This document shows, piece after piece, positions 8,686 to 17,700 of a DNA stretch of 33,159 nucleotides. A program made the translations under genes and the position numbers. Positions within the stretch are counted from its first letter, which is position 1. Each line of letters begins with the position of its first letter. Source of the stretch: Actinomycetota bacterium (GTDB lineage: Bacteria; Actinomycetota; Actinomycetes; S36-B12; UBA5976); NCBI GenBank assembly GCA_947447095.1, contig CANFIL010000001.1, forward strand, positions 1 through 33,159. The letters run 5' to 3'. The notes beneath the pieces are model-generated. The model was not told the origin of the DNA, made no database searches, and was given only the letters and a program-made list of their open reading frames with translations.

Positions 8686-9390
8686 ATGTGGAATGTCATT
8701 GCGCGATCAGCACGCGCCTGCGGATCATCGCCGATGTACACATGGGTAAGTAACGTTGGGCGTATTGAACTCAGCGGAACAACTTTTCTTAACGGGGTAT
8801 CCAAGGCTGCAAACATGATGCGGGATGGACTCGATGCCGAGGCTGGCGATGACGTTTTCATCGACCTTGGTAATCATTGGCAGTCGCCGGTTTGGATTGG
8901 GGCTGCACTCAGCGTGCAAGCAGTCATTACTTCACAGCCTGAAAATGTATTGGCGGTTGTTTCACGTGACTCGGTGAATGATGCACAGGGTTCTCGCCGA
9001 ATTGTTGTCATCAGCCGTGATCCATTTGGAATGCCAGAAAAGAATCTTGATGCTGCAGTGATAAACGGATCACTTGAGGTGCGTGGTTTCGGAGATGTCT
9101 TTAGTCCGATGGGAAGCTTTCAGGATATCGATCCGGTGCTGCGAAATGCTGAAAGTGTTCGATGCCTCAGCGAGTTACGTGAAACAGCAGCTTCACTTAT
9201 TGAGTCTCACAACATCGTCACCAGTTCTCGTATTGCCGTAGCTGGAATCACAGATCTATTGGACCGCGCAATGTGGCACGTCGTTATCCCGGTTATTGCC
9301 CAATGCAGCGTTGTGTTACTTGATGGAATCGAAGATCATGCAAAGACGTGCGAAGTTGAGCAAGTCGATCGCCTCGTCGTTATTGACTAA
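8686..9390 (+). CDS. Conserved actinobacterial protein of unknown function (TIGR03089-like; resembles the N-terminal region of adenylate-forming enzymes)
   Basis: 234-aa ORF starting 3 nt after the amidase stop. The segment ELSGTTFLNGVSKAANMMRDGLDAEAGDDVFIDLGNHWQSPVWIGAALSVQAVI matches my recollection of the TIGR03089 family pattern (…NWVAKTANLL.DELD…GD.V.L.LP.HWQ…). Its position between an LCP/cell-wall block and a sugar-1-P nucleotidyltransferase is the usual actinobacterial context. The family assignment is from memory and unverified. Confidence 0.6.
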   Translation: MWNVIARSARACGSSPMYTWVSNVGRIELSGTTFLNGVSKAANMMRDGLDAEAGDDVFIDLGNHWQSPVWIGAALSVQAVITSQPENVLAVVSRDSVNDAQGSRRIVVISRDPFGMPEKNLDAAVINGSLEVRGFGDVFSPMGSFQDIDPVLRNAESVRCLSELRETAASLIESHNIVTSSRIAVAGITDLLDRAMWHVVIPVIAQCSVVLLDGIEDHAKTCEVEQVDRLVVID

Positions 9391-9407
9391 ATGAACGATG
9401 TGAAAGA

Positions 9408-10493
9408 GTGGAGTCCATGGAAGCAATCTTGTTAGTTGGTGGCCAAGGAACACGGCTTCGCCCATTAACGATTTCGACCCCAAAGCCGATGCTTCCTGTC
9501 GCAGGCTTTCCTTGTACGTCTCACCAAATCGCACTCGCAGCAAGTGCCGGCATTGATCGAATTGTGCTTGGGACTTCGTATCGCGCAGAAGTCTTTGAAG
9601 AATATTTCTCAGGTCAAGATCTTGGTGTTGAAATTCGCTACGCCGTAGAAAGCGAACCTTTAGGTACCGGTGGTGCAATTCGAAACGCTGCTGAACAACT
9701 CACATGTGGTCCTGATGATCCAGTTGTCATATTCAACGGCGATGTTTTAACAGGTTTAGACATCTCAGATCTCGTTTCGAAATGGCGTGAAGCTCGTGCA
9801 GATGTGGCTTTGTATCTCACCCGCGTCGAGGACCCTCGTGCATATGGACTTGTTCCTACCGATGCTGCGGGGCGGGTATTGGAATTCAAAGAGAAGCCAA
9901 CCACGCCAGAAGAAATCGTGACCGATCAAATTAATGCGGGATGTTATGTCTTTAAGCGAAGTGTCATCGATCGAATTCCTGCCGGCCAAGTGGTCTCGGT
10001 TGAACGCGAGACATTCCCGGAACTGCTTTCTACAGGTGCCACAGTCATTGGAGTGGTCGATGACGGCTATTGGCTAGATCTTGGAACACCTCTTGCATTT
10101 GCGCAGGGCTCTGCCGATTTAGTCCGTGGAATTGCGCCAAGCCCGCTGCTTGCAGGCCGTACTGGTGATGCTGTAATTCACGACAGTGCAGTTGTACATG
10201 ACACAGCAATCGTTTCAGGTGGCACGTACGTCGGCGCACATGTTGTTATCGGTGAAAATGCGATTGTCGATGCCAGTGTCATTTATGACGGCGTAACGAT
10301 CGGCTCAGGCGCTCGCGTTGTCCGATCAATTGTCAGTACGAACGCGAGTATTGGCTCGCAGAGTTCAATTACTGACACTGTTATTGCAGAGAATGCGTCG
10401 CTTGGGGCACATAACGAATTAAATTTCGGAGCACGAGTATTTCCTGGTGCCGAAATCTCAGATTCTGCAATCCGATTTTCGTCCGACCGCTAA
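9408..10493 (+). CDS. Sugar-1-phosphate nucleotidyltransferase with C-terminal left-handed beta-helix (mannose-1-phosphate guanylyltransferase-like)
   Basis: 361-aa ORF. The N-terminus LLVGGQGTRLRPLTISTPKPMLPV is the NDP-sugar pyrophosphorylase signature. The C-terminal third contains hexapeptide-like repeats (VVIGENAIVDASVIYDGVTIGSGARV...). The start is either GTG 9408 or ATG 9417. Confidence 0.85.
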   Translation: MESMEAILLVGGQGTRLRPLTISTPKPMLPVAGFPCTSHQIALAASAGIDRIVLGTSYRAEVFEEYFSGQDLGVEIRYAVESEPLGTGGAIRNAAEQLTCGPDDPVVIFNGDVLTGLDISDLVSKWREARADVALYLTRVEDPRAYGLVPTDAAGRVLEFKEKPTTPEEIVTDQINAGCYVFKRSVIDRIPAGQVVSVERETFPELLSTGATVIGVVDDGYWLDLGTPLAFAQGSADLVRGIAPSPLLAGRTGDAVIHDSAVVHDTAIVSGGTYVGAHVVIGENAIVDASVIYDGVTIGSGARVVRSIVSTNASIGSQSSITDTVIAENASLGAHNELNFGARVFPGAEISDSAIRFSSDR

Positions 10494-11419
10494 AACTCTT
10501 CGCGTCCCTTTTCGTCAAGATCGGCAAGATACTTCTCTAGTGAAGCTGCAAGCTCATCGCCACTGACAAGCGAACCGTCAGCAGTTGCCGTTAACTCACG
10601 GCGCGACATCATGACCGAATCATGTTGCTGCTCGAGTGCCGAAACGACTTCGCGGTTTTCTTCAACGCTTGAAATTTGTTGATCGATGTCGATGTCCATG
10701 GCTGCCGCTGCTTCGCGCAGTTCATCACGAGGTATGACCAAGCCTGTGCTTAACGCCACTTGATCAAGAAGTGCCAGTGCCGCTTTTGGATATTCTCCAC
10801 TGGCCAAATAGTGGGGTACATGTGCTGCGTATCCCATGGCAGGCATTTTCGATTGCGACAGATTCATCTCAATGAGCGCTGCGACACTTCCTGGAATTTC
10901 AACTTGCCCAACCCACGGTTGATGAATTCCAAGCAGTTCTGGATCTGACGAATGTGCTGTAATTTCCACTGGTCGAGTGTGTGGCGCAGGCCAAGGAATG
11001 GCATGCATGCCAACGGTCATGCGGACACCATAGGTACGAATCAATTCGACAATGCTTCGTACAACACTTTGCCAGCCAAGGTCTGGTTCAACACCGTGCA
11101 ACAAAAGAAATGTTGTGCCGGCCTCGTCAGTAACTTCACTCAAAGTGAGTTCCGGCAAATCCATTGACTCGTAGTGGTCTGAATCAAAAATCGTGCGGGG
11201 ACGACGTCCGCGGTAGTCGTACAACTCGTCAATATGGAAGTAAGCCACAGGACGGTTCGGCATGGTGTCCAAAATGTGCTTGACCGCTAACCGGCCACCT
11301 GCACCTGCATCCATAAAGCCCGTTAGGCCATGCACCAAAACAATGCCTGATTTCACACCATCGCTGAATTCGTGGCTAGGTGGGACAACTACTGTGTAAA
11401 GATCCCGTGCGGGGTACAT
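10490..11419 (-). CDS. PAC2 (proteasome assembly chaperone 2-like) family protein
   Basis: The ORF is open to 11473. However, the ATG at 11419 (MYPARDLYTV...) is preceded by GAGGTG about 6 nt upstream on the minus strand, so I use 11419. The VLVHGLTGFMDAGAGG motif (G-[WF]-x-DAG) and the acidic C-terminal tail are typical of actinobacterial PAC2-family proteins. The stop overlaps the convergent nucleotidyltransferase stop (10490..10493). Confidence 0.65.
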   Translation of the reverse strand: MYPARDLYTVVVPPSHEFSDGVKSGIVLVHGLTGFMDAGAGGRLAVKHILDTMPNRPVAYFHIDELYDYRGRRPRTIFDSDHYESMDLPELTLSEVTDEAGTTFLLLHGVEPDLGWQSVVRSIVELIRTYGVRMTVGMHAIPWPAPHTRPVEITAHSSDPELLGIHQPWVGQVEIPGSVAALIEMNLSQSKMPAMGYAAHVPHYLASGEYPKAALALLDQVALSTGLVIPRDELREAAAAMDIDIDQQISSVEENREVVSALEQQHDSVMMSRRELTATADGSLVSGDELAASLEKYLADLDEKGREEF

Positions 11420-11569
11420 CAATGTCACCTCATCTATGTATTGACTACTTCTATTGTTAACCGTTACTGGCAAACTTTCATTCCCACGTTACGCGGGTAT
11501 CTGTAAGCGGCTCGAAATTGCTTATTTGTGTGGGTTTGCCTAACTAGATTATCGCCAGAAACTCAGCGC

Positions 11570-12772
11570 CTAAACCGGTTGTGAGATGTGAATGTCAGTA
11601 CTTCCAGACATGTGTGAAGCATCAGTTGACGTTGCTGTTGCATTCAGCATCAGGTATCCAATGATGCCGAGGAGAGTTGCTACGGCAAGACCTGGAACGA
11701 TCCACTTGGCAGTTGGGTCTGAAGCGTCAGAAGCTGAATCATCTTTTCGTTCAATCAAACGATTGAGTTCGAATACGCCAATCACGATAAGTAAAACTGC
11801 CGCCATGAGCACGACAGATTTGACCGCTGTGAGGGGATACTGAACCACGAAAATACCGACCGCCAAAATAACCAGGCCTCGGGCAGTTGTTCCAAGCGCG
11901 GTTGTTGGCCGACTCCACATCTGTGACCAGGTGGACTTGGTAGCAGCGATCACATCGATGTTCGGGAGGATACCTCCGAGAATTGCGGTCCAAATTGCAC
12001 CGGCAAACATCAAAAGCGCGGACGGCACAATGAATGTTGGAAGAAATTCATTCCAAATTGCAGTTGAGTACGGCGCTACGCCTGGATCGCGTCCTACGAA
12101 AAGAACGCCGAACCACAGCAAGGCCGTAAAGATGGCGAGTGAGAAACCCGCGCTAAAAACTGCGATACCAATTCGACCAACGGCTTTGTTTCGGTTTGGT
12201 GAGATCGCAACAAAAAGCATGAAAAGGACGAGTGCCGCGATGGGAAGGTAGGTGCCGAGAGTGTTTGCAGTCTTAAGAACGACTTGAATCTTCATGATTG
12301 TGCCGATGACACCATCAGTAGGAACTTGAGCCTTCAACTCAGACACTGTTGGAATGTTTGCGTTCGGAAAGAATTGGTTCACCGTTTTCACCAGATGTGC
12401 AGCAACGTCGCCGTATTCAACTTGAAGCTGCTTTCCTGTAATGAGCGCCTGGCGAACTTGACCCAGAATGTTCTTAATGACAGGGCGCAGGGCATCGCTC
12501 GTGACGACAGTATTAGCCACTGAATGAATAATCGGTCGTGCTGCCTCAAGCTGTGGTGCTTGGCTCACGATCTTGTCGGTCAGTGTGTTGGTGAGCGCAT
12601 CGGTGACCTGTGGGTCCATGCGGATATTCTCAACATGTGTGATGAGCGTTGGCCCATTAAGAATATTTTTATTTAATGTTCCTGCCAGCACACCTACGGC
12701 CAGACTGATTCCACCAAGAATTAGTGCGGTACGCGATGCGATTGTGATTACGCGTGACTGTGCATTACTCAT
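11570..12772 (-). CDS. Hypothetical polytopic membrane protein
   Basis: 400-aa ORF. An N-terminal TM helix is followed by a soluble segment of about 150 aa, several hydrophobic helices and a Ser/Asp/Thr-rich tail. I recognise no family motif. Confidence 0.7.
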   Translation of the reverse strand: MSNAQSRVITIASRTALILGGISLAVGVLAGTLNKNILNGPTLITHVENIRMDPQVTDALTNTLTDKIVSQAPQLEAARPIIHSVANTVVTSDALRPVIKNILGQVRQALITGKQLQVEYGDVAAHLVKTVNQFFPNANIPTVSELKAQVPTDGVIGTIMKIQVVLKTANTLGTYLPIAALVLFMLFVAISPNRNKAVGRIGIAVFSAGFSLAIFTALLWFGVLFVGRDPGVAPYSTAIWNEFLPTFIVPSALLMFAGAIWTAILGGILPNIDVIAATKSTWSQMWSRPTTALGTTARGLVILAVGIFVVQYPLTAVKSVVLMAAVLLIVIGVFELNRLIERKDDSASDASDPTAKWIVPGLAVATLLGIIGYLMLNATATSTDASHMSGSTDIHISQPV

Positions 12773-12850
12773 TTTTGCCCCCGTTGAACTTCTCTATAAA
12801 TCGTATCGGGTGTACATCCGCGTTAAGCCATTTTGCTACTTGATCGCAAC

Positions 12851-13804
12851 CTAATTCGAAATAAGAAAAGTTTTTCCGACATGAATTGCAAGAACATCCC
12901 AGGCTTTCTTTCCTTGTTCGTCCGTCTTCCAGTCATTGGCAAAACCACAGAAAATCCATTGCGGTCGGTACGTTGCATTCCAGACAATGCCGATGGTGTT
13001 AACTCGGGATCGATTTACTGGAGGTTCGTCACCTGCGACTGTGTGGTACCAACCATTTTTTACGCCAACGTGCCATCCTGCGGGAACCCGTACTGACCCG
13101 GCGCCCCAACGCTGGGTAGGTGACACGTGAGTCATTAGGGCCTTAAGTCGTTTCGTTGACGTTGAACTTAAGAACTGTGGCGTGTCTACAAAAACTCGCT
13201 TGAGTGCCAATGCTTGATCTTGTGCATTGGTCAACGTAGTACCGAATGATTTGTGACCTTGAGTGTGCGTGAGACCAAGTTGACGTGCAGTTGTGGTGAT
13301 TGTCCGTAATCCGCCAATACGTCGAATAAGACGAATTGTTGCGTCGTTATCGGATTGCGTGATCATGGAGTCAAGGTCGTACTTTACGGATTTATAACTC
13401 AGCTTCTTGCGATCGATTTTTGAAAATACTGCGACGGCTACAAGAAATTTTGATGTAGAAGCCGATCGATACTGAATGCTTGAAGATGTCCCGTATTGAT
13501 ACTTACATTGGTGGATCAGATCAATTGCATACGCCTGAAACTTCTTGGCACGGTTTTGCTGCATCCACGTTTTCATGTAACTAGTTGAAAAGGGGTTTTG
13601 GCGCGAACAATCGAAGGCTGCTGATGCGGAAGTCGTTAGTGAAGACGTTGAGTTTGCAACGTGCATTCCAGCCGGCACGTGAGACGCAATCGTTCCTGAG
13701 ATTCGCGGCTCAGCATGAGCTTGAGGCGAAGTCGGGCTACAACCTGTCAGCGCTGCGATCGAAACTAAAGCGCTCAAAGTGAGTCCTAGAAACTTTCGCT
13801 GCAT
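12851..13804 (-). CDS. Lipoprotein with class A beta-lactamase/penicillin-binding serine hydrolase fold
   Basis: 317-aa ORF. A lipobox is present at the N-terminus (AALTGC). SxxK motif (SASTSKFLVAVAV) and SDN motif (ITQSDNDAT) are both present. The third motif reads KNG (VGVKNGW) instead of K-T/S-G. I could not find an omega-loop ExxLN-type motif. Confidence 0.8.
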   Translation of the reverse strand: MQRKFLGLTLSALVSIAALTGCSPTSPQAHAEPRISGTIASHVPAGMHVANSTSSLTTSASAAFDCSRQNPFSTSYMKTWMQQNRAKKFQAYAIDLIHQCKYQYGTSSSIQYRSASTSKFLVAVAVFSKIDRKKLSYKSVKYDLDSMITQSDNDATIRLIRRIGGLRTITTTARQLGLTHTQGHKSFGTTLTNAQDQALALKRVFVDTPQFLSSTSTKRLKALMTHVSPTQRWGAGSVRVPAGWHVGVKNGWYHTVAGDEPPVNRSRVNTIGIVWNATYRPQWIFCGFANDWKTDEQGKKAWDVLAIHVGKTFLISN

Positions 13805-13926
13805 AGTTAATTATCCGTGAGTTTGATTGACTACGTGGACACTCATCGCCGCTGTTGCATACCAATTTCATGCTGTTAACCACCGATTTACCCTGAAAAA
13901 ACTAAGTCAGTAAGATTGTGGTTGGA

Positions 13927-13999
<73 letters not shown>

Positions 14000-14012
14000 C
14001 TGTTTAATCTGA

Positions 14013-14657
14013 TCAGCTTGGTGAAACGGGCGGCTGCGGAACAAGCTTTTTCGCTTTCGCTTTACTGACACCTAAGAGTTCAAGACTGAGGGCAAGCAAA
14101 TTATCTGCGTGTTCCGGGGACGATTCACCTGTGACATGTACTCGATGCAAAATTCCGGCCAAGCAATATGCCCACAAGTACACCTGTTCTTCAAAATTGT
14201 CTTGAGCAAATCCCTCAGCTGCAGTAGCGCGTTTGAGGTCGGACATACCAATCGCACTAACGGCTTTAATAACAAAAGCGGGATTATCTAAAGTCTTATT
14301 CAAGATCTTTGCAAAAAGTGGATTCGTTTCCTTCGCTCTAAAGAGCTTTCGGCACACGCCCAACATGCTTTGCAAGTTTTCCCCCACGGGAGCTCCGTCA
14401 TAGGCCCAGAGCACCCATTCCTGCCACACTGTTTCGAGTGCCTCGCCGAAGAGCAGCTCTTTGCTCTCAAAGTAGTTGTAGATGGTTGCTGGTGAGACTT
14501 GGGCGTGAACCGCCAATTGTTCGATAGTTGCGCCCAGCCCAATCTCGGCAAGAACCTCTTGGGCGGATTTCACCAATGCAGCCCGATTTCGGGCGGTGTA
14601 GGCGGCTAGGCGCCCCCCGTTGCCCTTTGGTTGGTTTTCTGTCCCCGCCATGCTCAC
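14013..14657 (-). CDS. TetR/AcrR family transcriptional regulator
   Basis: 214-aa ORF. The N-terminal HTH region is AALVKSAQEVLAEIGLGATIEQLAVHAQVSPATIYNYFESKELLF. The start is GTG 14657 or ATG 14651. It is divergent from the LRR protein gene, and its stop lies only 13 nt after the tRNA. Confidence 0.9.
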   Translation of the reverse strand: MSMAGTENQPKGNGGRLAAYTARNRAALVKSAQEVLAEIGLGATIEQLAVHAQVSPATIYNYFESKELLFGEALETVWQEWVLWAYDGAPVGENLQSMLGVCRKLFRAKETNPLFAKILNKTLDNPAFVIKAVSAIGMSDLKRATAAEGFAQDNFEEQVYLWAYCLAGILHRVHVTGESSPEHADNLLALSLELLGVSKAKAKKLVPQPPVSPS

Positions 14658-14725
14658 AGTCTATGCGCCACGTCACCACGTTAATTCGTTTGCGCTTGCG
14701 CTTCCCTTGAGTTTTGTTATATTGA

Positions 14726-14737
14726 TTCAAATTTGAA
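14726..14737. promoter_or_regulatory. Perfect 12-bp palindrome TTCAAATTTGAA, a candidate TetR operator in the divergent promoter region
   Basis: Read directly from the sequence; it equals its own reverse complement. It lies just downstream of a possible promoter for the LRR gene (TTGCGC 14696..14701, 16-nt spacer, TATATT 14718..14723). It sits 25 nt upstream of the GTG at 14762. Confidence 0.3.
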
Positions 14738-14761
14738 GTAACACTACAAAACTGGAGAATA

Positions 14762-17700
14762 GTGATGTTTCGTTCCCTAGCCAAATCGCACACAAACGCA
14801 AAGAAGTTGCCAAGTTTCATCATTGGGATTGCGTTAGTGGCTGGAACTACAGTGGTTGCTGCAAGTCCAGCGTCGGCTGCTGGTAGAGACATCGCATGTT
14901 CTGTATCAGGAACTTTCAGCATCAACGACAACAACGTTGTGAATTCGTCCAGCAGCGATTGTTCCGGCGCAGTCGTCATTCCTGCCGACGTGACTCGTAT
15001 TGGAGCATGGGCCTTTGCCAATAGGCACATCACAAGCCTCGACTTTGAAACCGGCAGTCAGCTGGTTGCCATCGATATGTATGCCGCCGAATTCTCTGAC
15101 CTGGCTACAATTCATTTGCCAACCGGACTTCAGACCATCGGCCACGGTGCTTTTACATACGCCAAAATCACAACAATTTCGATACCAGGAACGGTTGAGA
15201 CGATTACTGGAAGCCCGTTTAATTCAACGAACCTCCAGACCGTGATATTTGAAGAACGAGTCACCCCCATCATCAATTTGAGTGTTGACACGTTCCAAGA
15301 CAGCCGCGACCTCAGTTCGGTTACTTTCAGAGGGCCAATCGAAGTGCGTGGTGGAATTCGCTCGCCGAAGAGCAAAGAAGGCCTGAAATGGGCAGGCTGG
15401 TCCAAATCTGTTGATGGTCCAGTCGTTTCGTTCCCACTGTCGATTACAGAATCTGGGGGTGCCACGTTGTACCCCGTTTGGGTCCCCCCATTCGTCGAAG
15501 TTTTTAACTGTTCTTTAGGTGGAACTTTCAGGATCGTCGATCACGTCGTAACTTCGTCGACCAATGACTGTGTCGGAGAAGTTGTGGTCCCCGCAGACGC
15601 CATTGAAATTGGCTCATGGGCTTTCTCAGGAAAAAACCTCACCAGCATGAGCTTCGCTGCTGGCAGCCAATTAACACAAATTTCAAATTACGCTTTTGAA
15701 TACTCTCAATTGTCGTCGATAACCTTGCCAGCTGGCCTAACATCCATCGGCGGTGGAGCGTTTACAAGCACGAAAATTACATCGATCGTTTTACCTTCTG
15801 GACTGAAGTCAATCGGCGACGCAGCTTTTTATGGAACGAAAATTACTTCTATTTCGATTCCGGGAAACGTCGAAACAATTAGCGGTAGCCCATTCCGAAA
15901 CAGCGATCTTGTGACTGCGACCTTTGAACCACGTATTGCTTCAAGTTTCAACTTGGCGGGCTCTACGTTTCAGAATGCGTCCAATCTGACCTCCGTTATC
16001 TTCAGCGGCCCAGTTCAAGTGAGCAATTTGGGAACCATCTCAAAAGCGGACTTTAACTGGACGGGTTGGTCAACGTCTCCGGGCGGTTCTGTGATTTCCT
16101 TCCCGTTCTCCGTCACGGATTCTGCAGGAGTGACGTTGTATCCAAAGTGGACTGCCCAAATCATCGCGACAGGTAACTGCTCGTTGGGTGGAACGTTCAG
16201 AATTGTTGATCACATAATTAAATCGTCCACTGATGATTGTGCTGGCGTGGTCTCGGTTCCTGCCGATGTGACTGAGATCGGCTACACAGCATTCTCAGGC
16301 AAGAACGTCACGAGCGTGAACATTGAGGCTGGCAGTCAGCTCACAAGAATCGCAGAGTATGCCTTCGAATTTACGCCACTCACTTCAATCAATTTGCCAA
16401 ACGGATTTAAATCAATCGGGCACGGAGCTTTTACTTTCGCAAAGCTTTCGACTATTTCGATCCCAGGAACTGTCGAAGCTATTGAAGGTTCTCCTTTTTA
16501 TGGCGCTGCCCTTGAGACTGTGGTCTTTGAACCACGCGTAGCTTCCCAGTTGTCGACGTCAAACGATGCATTCATCTACACACGCAAACTACGCTCAGTC
16601 ACATTTATGGGCCCTATCAACTTCGATAGCGCACCGTTCGGGCATACGCGTTACGCACAAGATTGGTTAGGTTGGTCTACAAGTTTGGGTGGTCCCATTG
16701 TGACGTACCCGCTTTCAGTGACAGATCCTGCTGGTGTAGTTCTTTACCCGAACGCATCACCGAGAACTTATACGGCAACCTACGATTCACGCGGTGGAAC
16801 GGAAGTGGCTCCGGGCAGCATTGTTGGTGGGGAAATCGAATTCCCTGTTTCACCTACGCGGGCGGGTTACACATTTGATGGCTGGTTTGATTCGCCCAAT
16901 TATTGGGATTGGTCTCGAGGACCAGTTACTTTGTGGGATCAAAACAATGGGGCGACTTTCTATGCAAAGTGGATCCCAGACACTCATGTGGTGAATTTCA
17001 ACTCTAAGGGTGGGTCCGCGGTTTCTGCAGGTTCGTTTGTAACCGATGGTGAAATTTCATCAGCACCGGAGGCTCCTGTTCTTGATGGCTACAGGTTGGG
17101 TGGCTGGTCTGCAACTGACGGGGGATCTGAAATCTCGTTCCCATATGCACCCGGCGGCATACAAGATGTAACTCTTTACGCGGTTTGGATTCGCAACACA
17201 CCGACAATTACTTCTGGTTCTACACCGGACTCTCAGGTAGTTAGTATTCCTGCTGGATTGACTGAGGCGGTAGTTCCGGCCACTGCGAGCTTGCCAGGAA
17301 TCAAATTTGGACTACCTGGAACAGGCGGCCAAGTCATTGCAACGGTGGCTCCGACAGTGAATCCCGCTAATGTTGCGCATACGCCATTTACAGTGAATGG
17401 CTCAACTGTAATTGTTGACATTGAGATAACCGGCGTCACTGGAGACGTCACTGTCTGTATTGACGGTGGTCCCCGAGATCACATCTATCACTACACCGGT
17501 GGAGCGTGGGTGGACCTTCCACAGCGAACCTATGTAAATGGACAGGTCTGTGGCGTCACTTCGAGTTACTCGCCATTCACGGCTGCGACCCCTCTTCCGT
17601 ACAAGCCGTACGTCATGGAGCGTCCTTCGATTTCTGGAAATGCTCAACAGGACACTTACCTGTCTTCAACGATGGGAACCTGGGCAGCTGATCCAGTCGC

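Noticed and set aside
13860-13900. Weak similarity between the sequence upstream of the real tRNA (gctgttaaccaccgat) and the body of the tRNA-like copy (gcttattaaccaggtgat)
   Set aside because: Only a 7-mer (ttaacca) is exact. The two segments are in different registers relative to their T-arms, which is consistent with chance.
14467-15033. 188-aa minus-strand ORF spanning the TetR N-terminus, the divergent spacer and the start of the LRR gene
   Set aside because: It would run through a promoter region and overlap two well-supported genes, and it has no recognisable motif. It is a shadow ORF.
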